Source: Octopus sinensis (Eukaryota). From it: a stretch of 64,000 nucleotides of DNA. How positions within the stretch are numbered: position 1 is the stretch's first letter; the number at the start of each line of letters is the position of its first letter. Below the pieces are notes generated by a model. That model was not told where the DNA came from and did not search any database. It saw only the letters and a list, made by a program, of their open reading frames with translations. Both the position numbers and the translations under genes were made by a program. Location: the NCBI RefSeq assembly GCF_006345805.1, contig NC_043021.1:27652001-27716000 (forward strand), given 5' to 3'. This document shows positions 24,553 through 37,719 of this stretch, piece by piece.

Positions 24553-25330
24553 ATAATGGTGAACCCACAGTTAAACCCTCATCTTGTCGATATATATCAG
24601 TGTCCATACTGAAGTTGGTAGTTTCTACACAGAAGATCAACATTTCCATCAAGTTTTTTATTGGTATACGAGTCCGTTCTTTTAGATGGGTGCCTGTCAC
24701 TAGTTTTTCATGAATCACCGATAGGGATTCACCGATAATAGCCAATATATACATGGAATACTTTGAGAATCTGGCTTCAGGATCAATACCACAAAAACCA
24801 ACCATATGGCTGCGATATGTTGATGACACCTTCATACTCTGGCCCCACCAGGAATATGTCCAAGTGTTGTTAGATCATGTGAAGTCAATAAGCCATCCAT
24901 ACAACGGAAAAAGAGAAAAAACAAACAGCCAGCATTCCTGGACGTATTAATAGCACACACCAAGTGATACAATACTTCACAAATATCTCCTTCGAGTAAA
25001 ACCACCAATAGAAGAGAATGTGACCAAGAACTGCATGTACTCCATCCCATGCAGTTGTGGTATATTATACAAAGGCGAAACATACCACCCAACAAAATAA
25101 GGGTAGAGGAACATCGCAAAGCTGTGACACGGGAAAATATTGATAAACCGGGTATAGCTGATCATGTATGGAAAAATGGAGACCAAAATAATAGAGAACA
25201 TCACTGGAAAATACGAAAACTAAAAGAAGCAGCACATATGCACAACAACCTCCAAAGCAGACCGAGTGCAGATATGAACAGCATATGGAAACCGGAATTA
25301 ATGACGGACAGGAGTATATTAGATTTATAA
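24553..25330 (+). mobile_element. Penelope-like element relic with 5' inversion
   Basis: Plus strand: SPIIANIYMEYFE...WLRYVDDTFILW and MYSIPCSCG.LYKGET...RVEEHRK...IADHVW (GIY-YIG). Minus strand 24553-24730: LMEMLIFCVETTNF...[14 protein letters not shown], the RT segment that normally lies just upstream. Confidence 0.85.
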
Positions 25331-25362
25331 GCCCCAAAATTCACTCCATAATTTCCCTCGGA

Positions 25363-25480
25363 CATATGACGTAGTGGTTTAGAGCGCGGGCTACTAACCC
25401 CAAGATTTCGAGTTCGATTCCAGGAAGTGATCTGAATGATAATAATAATAATAATAATAATAAAATCGAAAAATACCATA
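25363..25480 (+). mobile_element. short tRNA-derived SINE head with (TAA)n
   Basis: GTAGTGGTTTAGAGCG (A box) ... GAGTTCGATTCC (B box) followed by (TAA)n. There is no tRNA acceptor stem. Confidence 0.6.
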
Positions 25481-25613
25481 GAACTCATTCCATTTTTAAA
25501 ATTCGTTATCTCTATATTGAATCAATTTCGGGATTCACCCTATGGATTTTTCCCTCTTAAGTAGAGAATACGATAAGAAATAAATGAAATACTTACAAGC
25601 ACCCATGGAAAAA

Positions 25614-25708
25614 AGCAGAAGCAAGAGTCATGTGTACACATAAGAGTCATGTGTACACATAAGAGTCATGTGTACACATAAGCAGAAGCAAGAGTCATGT
25701 GTACACAT
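25614..25708. repeat. 19-bp minisatellite, 4 copies
   Basis: AAGAGTCATGTGTACACAT at 25623, 25642, 25661 and 25690. Confidence 0.9.
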
Positions 25709-26699
25709 GGTAATAAATTTATTTCTAATATAGGATAAATTTTTTGGAAAACAATTTCAGCAAAGTGGCCTTAAAGGTGAAAATTATAAACAATTATAAA
25801 CAAGAGCAAAAGAAAAAATATTTCTATGCCAATATGCTAAGAATAGATTTTAAATCGTCAATCACCACATTACAATATACATTCACTATGAATACACGTC
25901 GTGCTGAAATCGAAGAAGGCAAGCTAACAGAATTATTTTCAAAACTTTTTCAAAAGTTTTTTCAAAATTTTTTTCAAAATTTTTTCACAATTTTTTCAAA
26001 ATTCGTCATATATACATATATATTATATGTATGAAGGGCTTCTTTTTGAGTGTTTGTGTGTGTGTGTGTGTGTGTGTGTGCGTCCTGCACCGCTTGATAG
26101 TTGTGTCTGTGTTTACGTTCCTTTACAAAAATCAATGAAATATATAACAGGCTTACAAAACAAAACTAATGTCTATTCATTCAACTGAAGCATTATAAAT
26201 AAATAAATATAAATATGTATAAAAATATACGTAAATATGTATAAGCATAAATATATAATGCATATGACAGTTTAAAATTTTGAAGTAATTATTTAAAGCA
26301 TCTTACGTTCGTTTCACGGAAGAGTTGTCCCTACAATGAAATCCTATATTGATAAACATTTATAGACAACTCTTCTGCTCTTCAGAGATATAAAATTTGA
26401 ATTCTGTATAACATATCGAATGGTAGTTTTTTTTTTAAATTTGAAGTAAAACTATAAACTGGTGTTTGTTTGAAAGATCCATTAAAAATTAAAAATGACT
26501 GCTTTTGATGAGAGTCTTTAAATCCATATATACTTCCTTGGTTATTCTGCAATAATCCATCCATAATATTCATATGTAAAATCCATTATATTATCTTGTA
26601 TTCCAAATATAGTTCTTATAGTTAGTTTAGAAATGTAAAATGTGTATATACTTTACTATGAGAATCTTGAAATTCGTATATGTATTCCTGGTAATTCCT

Positions 26700-27560
26700 C
26701 TGTAGATTCTCATACTAAAGTATATACAAATTATACTAGCTCTGTCTAGTATGCTCCAAAGATTTTCAATTGGCTTCATTTTTGATCCCATTTTCAGTCA
26801 GCTATTGTTGACTCCTTTTCACTGTGTGGCATGAAACTCCATCTTCCATGAATAAAAACTTATCTTTCGTTATGTTATCCGTATGAATACATCGGAAGTA
26901 GACCATACTTAAGTATTTCGATGTATGTTTGCAGAGTTTATGGTTCCAACACATTCGATCAGCTCAGAACGACCATTGCTGGTGGCAGCTCTCCCCATAC
27001 CATTACACAGATACCAACATGTTTCACAGTTGGTTGGAGTCGTTTCAAATCAAATTCTTGATTGAGAAGCCTTCAGGTCAGAACACGTCCACTGTCTGAA
27101 AATAATGCAAATCTGGATTCGTCTGAAGAAACCACTCTATCACAAAATGAACTGGATTTTTCTGACATCTCCTTAGCCCATTTCTTTCTTTTCATGATGT
27201 TAATTGGTTGAAGGAGAGGCTTTCTTCTAGCTGCTCGTCCATAATACCCAAACTTCTAGCTGTTTTGCAATGTCAGAAACCTTCGAACGGGGTTCATTTT
27301 CCATAATTCTCTCCAAACAGCGAAGCTTCCTTTCCGAGGGCCCAGGTAGGCCGGGACGAGAATCTGTTGATTCTTTTCCTTGGCTTTTCAATTGCACTAT
27401 AATTCTATTATCAGTAACAAGAGGAATTTGAAGATTTTCGGCATTTTTTCGCTGGCTAAGACCAGCCACAGATACAACCAGCCAACAGATACAACAATAC
27501 AACCTTTTTGAAAATCTGATAGTCCTGCTGAATTTTTTGTGCGTGGCATGGTTACTATTC
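26700..27560 (-). mobile_element. Tc1-like transposase relic
   Basis: Minus-strand translation gives IMENEPRSKVSDIAKQL, RVVSSDESRFALF and LQPTVKHVGICVMVWG (Tc1 TVKHGGG.VMVWG), with many stops. Confidence 0.7.
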
Positions 27561-27694
27561 GCAAATATTTAATACAATGGCATCTGGAATGAAAAAGAAT
27601 AATTACATTGTAAATTCTATACCGCTGAAAACATATTAAGACGCTTAGATAAGAAATTTTGAAAACTAAATGTGTCTACTTCCTGCATGTCTGA

Positions 27695-27738
<44 letters not shown>

Positions 27739-27972
27739 TATATATATAATATATATATATATATTATATATATATATATATAGTTCGAAAGGGGTTAGGA
27801 GTCCATACAGAGAAAAATTAAGGTTAAAAAGTAAATAAAGTTCGAAAAGGCACAAAAGTATATTTCAGGATTGTTTAATATTTTTGTTAGAGTGACATAA
27901 AATATAAATATATACATCGAAACCGGTCATAATTTAAATTACTCACTGTAACATATATATTATATATATATA

Positions 27973-28015
<43 letters not shown>

Positions 28016-28185
28016 GAACAAAAGACAAAGACAGGTCTATAAACAACAAGCAGGTGTAATAGTTTAACGTTCGGGAAAATGAGAAACTATTTAACGTTTC
28101 GAGCCTACGCTCTTCAACTGAAAGGAACACGAAGAAATAAACAGAAGAAAAAAAAACAGGACGTTCAAAAAAATTTCATATATAT

Positions 28186-28231
<46 letters not shown>

Positions 28232-28284
28232 ATATACATGTCTATGTATATATATATGCAAACACATACACACACGTCTGTGTT

Positions 28285-28442
28285 TTTATTATCCGTGCTA
28301 CATTCAAATTCCTCCGCGGTCAACTTTGCTTTTCATCTTTTCCGAGTCGAAAAAAACAAGTACCAACTGAGCACTGGGGTCGACATTATCGACTGACTCT
28401 CCGCCAAACCGAAATTGCTGGACTTGAGCCAACATTTGAAAT
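28285..28442 (+). mobile_element. family B SINE fragment
   Basis: GGTCAACTTTGCTTTTCATCTTTTCCGAGTCG...AAGTACC...GAAATTGCTGG. Confidence 0.7.
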
Positions 28443-28823
28443 CTATATCAAGGAATGAGTGATCATCGCACAAATGAGCTGAAAATGCGTCTATGTATGG
28501 TCGCGACCTGCGTGTATACCTAAAACAATTTGCAAAACCGTCATACGTACTACCTGTTCATACGTCCCTATCATTGATGTCTACGACTTTATGGTACGCC
28601 CTTAATTACATTATCCCATGTGCCATTCCCAAGACTGGAATTCTAATGTGTTGAATTTCACGCAAAGTGGATTCCTTATGTGTATAAATATGCACTATAT
28701 CGTATGACTTAATATATAGTTTTCTTGACTAATTTTTTTTGCACGTTAGACCACTGGAAATGTAAATTTTGATTGAATATTTTAATTTTAATTAAATTCC
28801 ATTTCCCTTTGATATGATTAAAC

Positions 28824-28891
<68 letters not shown>

Positions 28892-28926
28892 ATATGTATA
28901 TGTATGTATATATATTATATATATAT

Positions 28927-28973
<47 letters not shown>

Positions 28974-29221
28974 GTATATATTTGTATGTATATATATATA
29001 TATAAACATCTATATATGTATATGTACATATATATATGCACAAACAAGTTACTATTACTTTATATTTTTATATCATGTATATACATATGTGTGTGTGTGT
29101 GCGTGTGCGCATGCGCGTGATGGTATGTATATGTATACACACATACATATATATATACGTACAAAATGGATACAGATAGTATAAATCTATCCATGCGTGT
29201 ATATATATATACATATATATG

Positions 29222-29259
<38 letters not shown>

Positions 29260-29271
29260 ATATATATATAT

Positions 29272-29303
<32 letters not shown>

Positions 29304-29351
29304 ATATATATATATATACATATATATGTTTAATATATATATATATATATA

Positions 29352-30261
29352 TAGCAACGAATTGCCTTACCACAGACCGAATTTAGAAATAGCAGTCAAA
29401 GAGTTATAGCTATTTCTTCTACTGAAAAGGGAGATCTCAGTAAAAAACACAGCAATTGGAAGGCAGACACAACAGGTAAGAGAGATGAATTGACGGCAAT
29501 CTATCATACAATTTTAAGTTATCTACGGACGCACGTTTCGAAATCAAGTTTTTAGGAAAGCATAAGAATTAAATGTTAAATAATTCTACCTTACCCAAAC
29601 TTCTTTTCTCTTCAGCGTAGAATACTATAATCATAAATGATTATATATTGAATTTTGAGATACTAGAAGGCACCAACTCAACTCAGTATCAGAGCGAGCT
29701 AGAATCCGCAACTAGTATCACCAAATTCAAAGTGTGAATGAAAGGATTGTGTCACCAGCTCCTTCCCACCCGCGTGTAGCCAAAACAAGATGCTATGGTC
29801 ATCTACTGAGATAAAATATGGTTATCCGTAATAATGAAGGGTGAAATTAATTAATTTGGAATAATTATCAATTACACCAAGTAGTCTTCGGCATGTAAAA
29901 GCCTCATTAACATTTAATTCTTATGCTTTCCTAAAAACTTGATTTCGAAACGTGCGTCCGTAGATAACTTAAAATTGTATGATAGATTGCCGTCAATTCA
30001 TTCTCTCTTACCTGTTTGTGTCTGCCTTCCAATTGCTGTGTTTTTTACTGAGATCTCCCTTTTTAGTAGAAGAAATAGCTATAACTCTTTGACTGCTATT
30101 TCTAAATTCGGTCTGTGGTAAGGCAATTCGTTGCTAAACCCTTTATTGCTTAGTATTACTTAAATTTTCCTCGAATGAGGCTTTTACATGCCGAAGACTA
30201 CTTGGTGTAATTGATAATTATTCCAAATTAATTAATTTCACCCTTCATTATTACGGATAAC
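29352..30261. repeat. two interlocking inverted repeats (PLE terminal-repeat-like)
   Basis: 29352-29579 is inverted at 29907-30136, and 29821-29908 is inverted at 30174-30261. (TA)n flanks both ends. Confidence 0.85.
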
Positions 30262-30317
<56 letters not shown>

Positions 30318-30574
30318 TACACACACATCTGTGTGCATGCGTATGTGTGTGTGTAGGTGTGTGTGAATCCATAAAAATTAGTAAGAGTCTTTAAAATAAC
30401 CCGTTTTATTCATAGCATTGTTATTTACAAGTATAATTAATTAAAAATTGTGAAGGAAAATAATTTTTATCCAATTTTTTTCCGTCACTTTAAAATATAA
30501 ATTTCTTTTCCTTCTCCTTTACAAAATGCGTCATTTCATTTCATTTTATTTGATCTCATTTTAAAGTAGAGCGT

Positions 30575-30706
30575 AAAGCTGAGTGGACTGGAGCAACATA
30601 AAAAGAAATGTTTTATTCAAGAACACAATGTGTCACCCAGTCCAGGAATCGAAACCACAATCTTACGATCAAGAGTCTAACACCCTAACCATTAAGCCAT
30701 GGGGCT
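30575..30706 (-). mobile_element. tRNA-derived SINE family C, 5' part
   Basis: Shares GGACTGGAGCAAC...CAAGAACACAA...GAATCGAAACC...CTAACCA with 44270-44530 (+) and 56735-57058 (-). Confidence 0.7.
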
Positions 30707-31384
30707 TTTACTTCTCACCCAGGTGACCCAGTCGGGGTTGATCACTTCCTGGCTACTGCTCGCTTAACTTTAACCATAGCGGCACAGACCCTTTCAGGGC
30801 TGGCACCTTCTGATCCACAGCCACCTTGGGAAATATATGCTACCTCCACCACCAACCTGATAGCCTTCTTCCTATTGAGCACTATGAGGCCAAGCATATT
30901 GTAAGCTCTCTAGAGGGGCAGGCCTACAAACCCTCAGCATCCCACCTCAATGGGATCATGCTTTGCTCACCCCCTATTTCTTGGCTAGAAATCATGTTGA
31001 ATCGATATTATCTTCTCATTTCTAAAATAGTTCTTAGGCTGATAGATTCGATGGAAGTCATGAGTAAATCATTAACGTTATTTCTTCTTTATGTCCTCTT
31101 GGTCATTCGAAGTCCCACTTCAAAATTTGGCTAAGAAGCCGTCAACATGCGGTTTTGCTCTAATATACTCCAGTTGATCACCCATATATATATATTTTTC
31201 ACATCTCGCCACCTTCGCAGCTATGTTACTTTTTTTTTGTTTTCAACACTGTACTTTCCAAGATGCTCGTTAATCAGAGTGAGTAAAGCGCGAACAGATC
31301 TGCACTCACTTCATTTCATGCATTATCTGATGTCGTCCCAGCATTCATTCGGAGTGAATGATTAACGATATTTCTTTTGGCAAA

Positions 31385-31593
31385 GTGGTGATCTGGCAGA
31401 ATCGCTAGCACGCCGGACAAAATGCTTAGCGGTATTTCGTCCGTCTTTTCATTCTGAGTCCAAATTACGCCGAGGTCGACTTTGCCTTTCATCCTTTTGG
31501 GATCGACAAAATAAATACCAGCTAAGCACTGGAGTCAATGCAATACTTACTCACTTTCCCGAAATTGCTGGCCTTGTGCCAAAATTTGAAATC
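31385..31593 (+). mobile_element. family B SINE, near full length (Nin/Deu-like core)
   Basis: GTGGTGATCTGGCAGAATCG ... GAGTCCAAATT ... GAGGTCGACTTTGCCTTTCATCCTTTTGGGATCGACAAAATAAATACCAG ... GCTGGCCTTGTGCCAAAATTTGAA. Confidence 0.82.
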
Positions 31594-33169
31594 GTAATTT
31601 CCTGTGGCACTTTATGTTCTCAGGCCATATCATGCCGAGATTAATTTTGCCTTTCAACCTTTCGTTGGCCAATAAAATAAAGTACCATTTCAGTAGCGGG
31701 GTCGATGCTATCCACGAAGTCCTTTGCCTAGGAGTTGCTAGCTTTGTATTTATATTAATCGCCATTAACAAAAAAAGGGAAAGGCCCCAAGTATTTTTCA
31801 TAGTAGGACGGCGGAATACTTAATTAAGTGAAATTATTTTTTTTACTTATATACGTAAATCCGAGAAATCCTATAGTTTTTAGAAAGAAGAATTATTTGA
31901 ACACCAATTTTCTTTTATATAGCATCATTGTTTGCATCGTGTACAGTTGGGATCAGGAAAGAATTCTTACATATTTATTCTTAAAACGTGTGGGTTAGGG
32001 TCAGACGCGAAATATGCTAATCGCTGTTAGTGTACGTGAAAGGACAAGAACTCTCTTTCATGACTGTAATGTGCTTCAAGAATTCTGCTCATTGGCGCAG
32101 GATACTTTGGGACACCAGTTTCGACATATTGTATCTCGGCTGTCAGAATTACCCCGATTCTTTGTGTCTAACCAAACTGCCGGCCTTCGTTTATACTTTC
32201 AGCAAACAAAATCTTTGCTGATTGGTGCTTATTTTATTTATCATATCATTAATAGGAAAAAAAAAAAGGTGGGCGCTGTGCCGATTAAAAACCGAGTGGA
32301 CAGCTTGCCATGTTTAATAAAATTAAGATTTCTTTTAATTGCTACAATTCTGAGAAACCAGAAGAATTCTACAGAAACACTTAATTGTTTGTGTTGCTGT
32401 TTATGTAGAGAGGACAGAATATTTTAGTAATAATTGTGATAAACATTTCTTGTTTGAATTCGGGAACCACCGAAGAGAGTCAACTCAGAAGAATTCTGAG
32501 CAGAAGCAGCATCAAATACTGGTTTTAAACCATGACCTATAAGTACACTCGACTACTTTGCTACTAAATCAGTCATTTTGGTATTAAAGATATGATTTTA
32601 ATGATGTGTAAACCAGATTAAACACTTATCACTAATCAAGTGTTCACCTGTCGCAGGTAGAGATCAAAGCCACATGATAAGGAGTAAATTAATTTGATCA
32701 GCAAATTAATTAGTATCTAATCGGATAGATTGAATGAAATAGTTAATTTGTCATGATTACTCATGAAACTTGTCTATATAATTGCTAAAATTTCTAATTA
32801 ACAATGACGTCATTAATATTCTTAATTACATATTAGCGAGTTTGGTAAAGCGTTTGATTCGCAGGATCATCATTTGAGTATTGGTAAAACGCCTTGCGGT
32901 AACTGTTTCCGGCCCTGGCGTCATGAGTTCATACCTTGCTGAAGTTGACTTTTTCCTACATCTTTCTTCTTCTTCTTCTTCTTCTTCTTCTTCTTCTTCT
33001 TCTTCTTCTTCTTTTTCTTCTTCTTCTGCTAATTATGTTTTCCATCATTATCATCATCATCATAGTCGTCATCATCATGTTGCTCAACTATTCTCAGGTA
33101 TTGAAAGGGAAGCAATAGGCTTCTTGTTTTTTACATTCACCTCACCGGGGATGAGGTCATATTTTGCTT

Positions 33170-33645
33170 TGGCGCTATAACGATTCTGCCAGCTTGCCGC
33201 ATTCTGAAGTCCTTGAAATAAATACCAGTAACATATATTGATTTCAAATTTTTGGCACAAAGTCAGAAAATTCGGGGATGAGGTATCGATTACATCGACG
33301 CCCGTTCTGATCTGGTACTTCTTTTATCGACTTCAAAACGATGAAAGGCAGTCAGCGTGGGCGGAAGTCGAACTCGGAACGTGAAGACGGATGAAATGTT
33401 GCTAAGCATTTTGTCCAGATCCACGCCTCACATATATTGCCAATAACATATATTGTTGCCGGAATCGTTTTTAGGCCGGCCAAATTCTCAGTAGCATTTC
33501 CACTTGGAATTCCACCGAGGTCGACTTTGCCTTTCGTTCTTTTGAGATCGATAAAATAAGTAGCAGTTGACCATTGGGGTCGATTTAATGGACTTACCCT
33601 CTTCTGCGAGATTGCTAGCCTTGAGCTAAAATTTAAAATCAATAT
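33170..33645. mobile_element. family B SINE copies in opposite orientations
   Basis: The core motif is on the minus strand at ~33320-33350 and on the plus strand at ~33515-33565. Confidence 0.7.
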
Positions 33646-34555
33646 TGATAGCGATGAAAATATTGACGTTGCACCAAAGAAGCCAAAATGTGTGTCCATG
33701 CAACAAACAAGCTAATTGTATTTTGTTCTTATCCTATCAACACTGCAGCCTTACATTTAGGACAAGTTCTCTCAGCTATCAACAACGTAGATCATCTTGT
33801 TTTACGTAATAATATGTAATATGTAGTGTCTGAGAAATATTTTAAGAAATCTCTTCATTTTGGCCGAATGCTGCTGACAGTGGCACATTTGCTCCAAAGT
33901 CTTGTAGTCTTCGCTTTAGTTAAAGAATCAGCAAATATGGTAGATTCCACACAACCATCTCTGGTTCTTGATTGCATTTAGCGGGCATCATTCTATAACA
34001 AATATGACATTCAGGCCTGGACTCCTGTCTGAAGAAAATTTCCTCCTTCTCGCATCAATAATGGAGGTTAACTTCTTAAGATTATATCCTCGTTTGTTCT
34101 GTTCGACCCCAGAATCAACAACAGATGAAAGTTTAAAGCCAACGCTGGGATCCCTAAGTGCCTGTTTGACCTACTTCAAATAAAAGCAAAATTTCCTTAA
34201 CCACCTCTGCTATTATCGTAATAAGTAAAGCAAAAGTAAAAAACACATTATGCAATGTAATCCTAGATACACTGTGCATAATAACATGAATTAGATTACT
34301 ACTTTCGGAACATCCTTAATCACAGACCTACTGGATCAATATTTAACAGGGGCTAAGAGACCAAAAAAATTTAAAAATAACACAACATTTACGGGAACAA
34401 GTCACCCTGACGTACAACAAAGTTAAAAGCACCATTCTGAAAGTGCCATCAATACTGAACAAAATTGTCGTATGCAAGATTCATCAACAGTTCCCTAACT
34501 TGAGAAAAAAAACAAACATTATCGATAATGTAATATAATCGCTGTCTTTCTTCTC

Positions 34556-34604
<49 letters not shown>

Positions 34605-34618
34605 ATATATATATATAG

Positions 34619-34661
<43 letters not shown>

Positions 34662-35184
34662 GGAAGATTATTTTTTGGCATAATTTTTCTTTTATGGCTG
34701 TCTTTGACAATTAGAGTCCACAAGGAACAACGTTTACAAATATATGGTCTATGATGCAAGACGAATAAGATTTCGAAGAGGAGCCTTAAGTGTTTCTAAG
34801 ATGTCAGAATATTTATTTAATAAGAAAAACGAAAAAAATGAAACACAAACGTAGTTTAATGATAAAAGCTCAGTGATACTTGCCCCGGCAATAAACGTTG
34901 TCAAATAAGTTCTGCTACATTACACTCTTGTTTGAAATAAATGAAGAGATGAAAAACTATTAACTTCAAAATGGTGGATGTTATATTTTTGTGGTCACTA
35001 ATTTGGTGGTACAAAAGAATTGGAACAATTAATTTGCGACATTACTCTGTAATGGCGAATAAATACATAGTATGTGTTTGTGTCTGTGGTTTGTGTTTGT
35101 ATCTACGGATAGCTTTGTGTATGTACGTATATATATGTGTCGTTGCGTAAATATATATCTTCATATATATATATATGTATGTAT

Positions 35185-35216
<32 letters not shown>

Positions 35217-35352
35217 CTGTGTGTGTGTGTGCATAATATATATCTTCATATATATATATAAATATATGTATATATATATTGACGTATACATAGATGTTTA
35301 TATGTGGAATGTATATGCATATATTATGTCTGTATTCACTCCCCACTCTCTC

Positions 35353-35389
<37 letters not shown>

Positions 35390-35478
35390 CACATATATAC
35401 ATACATATACGTATACAAGCGCTTATATTTATGTACACACGCATGTATACATACTATAATATATATATATATATAATA

Positions 35479-35526
<48 letters not shown>

Positions 35527-35935
35527 AATATATTATATATATAATGTGCAACTGCATACGTATATATGTTTGAAATGACGTATAACGGTTAATTAATTCT
35601 ATGTTTTGTTTTCGCTTTCTCTGGCATCAGCCAAGGGGTTGTGTCCATGTCGAAATAACTTATAGATTCAAATAGAAGCATAATAAAATATTAATTAAAT
35701 AGTTATTTCTTTTGAAATTTAATATGTAATTTTCTTAAGAAGTTAATGTAGTTTGATGTAGAAATTACTAATGTTTCATGGTATTCACATACGTTTTCTT
35801 CCCAACAAAAGTACACACACACATTCGCACAGACTCACGCACAACCACACTCACAGAATCAAACACAGACATATATCTGATTACGTACGTTTGTATGCAT
35901 ATAGACATTATAGATAACTTTATGTGTGTATATGT

Positions 35936-35972
<37 letters not shown>

Positions 35973-36011
35973 TATATATTTGTATTGTACATATACACAC
36001 ATAAAGTTATA

Positions 36012-36090
36012 TACTCTTTCTTTTACTTGTTTCAGTCATTTGACTGCGGCCATGCTGGAGCACCGCCGGGACTTATTCTTTGTAAGCCCA
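36012..36090 (-). mobile_element. SINE family A, 3' part (split by RTE insertion)
   Basis: Continues at 37056. TTGTAAGCCCA is duplicated on both sides of the LINE. Confidence 0.85.
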
Positions 36091-37055
36091 TCATCATCAT
36101 CATTGTTCGACAGTGGTCGAGACAATGGAATTTACCATGCTACGCCAGACTTCACGGTCCATCATGGCATTACGGAGGTCCTGTTGCTGGATGTCTGTAT
36201 CCCTGGAGATTACATCAGGGTAGGAGAGTGTGCGCCCTCTGGTATTGCGAGTAGATGGCTTCCAGAGGAGAAGAGTAGAAATTACTTCTTTTTCAGCTCT
36301 ACAACAATGTCCAGCAAACTGGACTCTCCTACCTTTCACAAGAGATGACACAGGTGGTAGTTTCCCATATATTTGCATTTTGGTTGGATGGCGCTTCCAC
36401 GAGATGGCGCTTCCACGAGAGATTTTGAGCTCTCATAAGGAGGCGAGTGTAGGTTCCATCCAACCGCCTCTCAAGCTTCTTTGATAACGTCCAGGTTTCT
36501 GAGCCATATAGTAGGATTGGTTCGACTGTGGCTTTGAAGATTTCAAGTTTGAAGTCTCCACTTAGATTTGATGACCAGATCATATGCATGTCATTACAGT
36601 CTGACCAGGCCATACCCTTTCTAGTTAGAAAGTCTTTTCCAGATGATGATATGTATGACCCAAGATATTTGTAATCAGAAACCATATTTAAGGGCGCATT
36701 GTTGAGAGTATGGATGATGCAATCACTGTTGGACAGGCACTTGTTTATGTATTCAGTTTTGGCCTCATTGAGGTAAAGACCTACACAATTTGAGGCTTGT
36801 TCAAGAGATTGTAAAAGAGACTGGGCATTGGAGAGAGAATCACTGATAAGAGCGATGTCGTCAGCAAAGTCGGTGTCTGTCAAGTACTCAGCTGGGTGTC
36901 TGGAACTTCTTCTTGGTTTTATTTCAAAGCCCTTGCCAGAGATGGTATCAACTGACATACGTAGCACATAATCAACAACAATGATGAAAAGAAATGGGGC
37001 GAGTGTGTCTCCCTGCAGTATTCCGGCTCTGATTGAGAAAGATGATGTTGTACTG
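36091..37055 (-). mobile_element. 5'-truncated RTE-X-like LINE with (TGA)n tail and 11-bp TSD
   Basis: GILQGDTLAPFLFIIVVDYVLR, TDFADDIAL, YKYLGSYI, LLYGSETWTL and RRVQFAGHC motifs. A 16-bp duplication near 36388-36419 shifts the frame. The TSD TTGTAAGCCCA is at 36080-36090 and 37056-37066. Confidence 0.92.
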
Positions 37056-37184
37056 TTGTAAGCCCAGTACTTATTCTATCGGTCTCTTTTGCCGAATCGC
37101 TAAGTGACGGGGACGTAAACACACCAGCATCGGTTGTCAAGCAATGCTATGGGGATAAACGCAGACACACAAACACACACACAC

Positions 37185-37220
<36 letters not shown>

Positions 37221-37422
37221 TATATATAATATATATATTATATATAATATATATATATATATATAACACATATACGACAGGCTTCTTTCAGTTTCCGTCT
37301 ACCAAATCCACTTACAAGGCATTGGTCGGCCCGGGGCTATAGCAGAAGACACTTGCCCAAGATGCCACGCGGAAACATGTGGATGGTAAGCAAGCTACTT
37401 ACCACACAGCCACTCCTGCGCC
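37056..37422 (-). mobile_element. SINE family A, 5' part (split by RTE insertion)
   Basis: Head ...CCACACAGCCACTCCTGCGCC ends at 37422. Confidence 0.85.
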
Positions 37423-37677
37423 TATATATATAAATTCTATAATTATAAACATAATTATAATTAGGATTCAACAAAAATTTGCTTCACCACATTTAGAAAT
37501 TTAGAAATAGCAGTTAAATACTATTCCGCTACCATAAGATATCTCCCAGACAGTAATAGTCTCAACTCACGCAGGTAAAGAGAGAAAATAACGAATCCAC
37601 TCGGCTTTTATTAACTATATACGCGTTTCTGGGTTAAAGAGATGTAAAATCATATTTTTACTCACTTATTCCCATCG

Positions 37678-37718
<41 letters not shown>

Positions 37719-37719
<1 letters not shown>

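Noticed and set aside
25363-25430. tRNA gene candidates here and at the SINE heads
   Set aside because: A and B boxes are present, but there is no acceptor stem or cloverleaf, and the heads continue into SINE bodies or tails.
28092-28120. Hammerhead-like TTGAAGAGCGTAGGCTCGAAACG (minus strand; similar at ~13888)
   Set aside because: C3 is mutated, stem II is out of register and there is no stem I. At most it is a decayed PLE terminus.
32014-32427. 137-aa ATG-initiated ORF
   Set aside because: It has no recognisable domain or motif and runs through a poly-A tract. Its length is within chance expectation.
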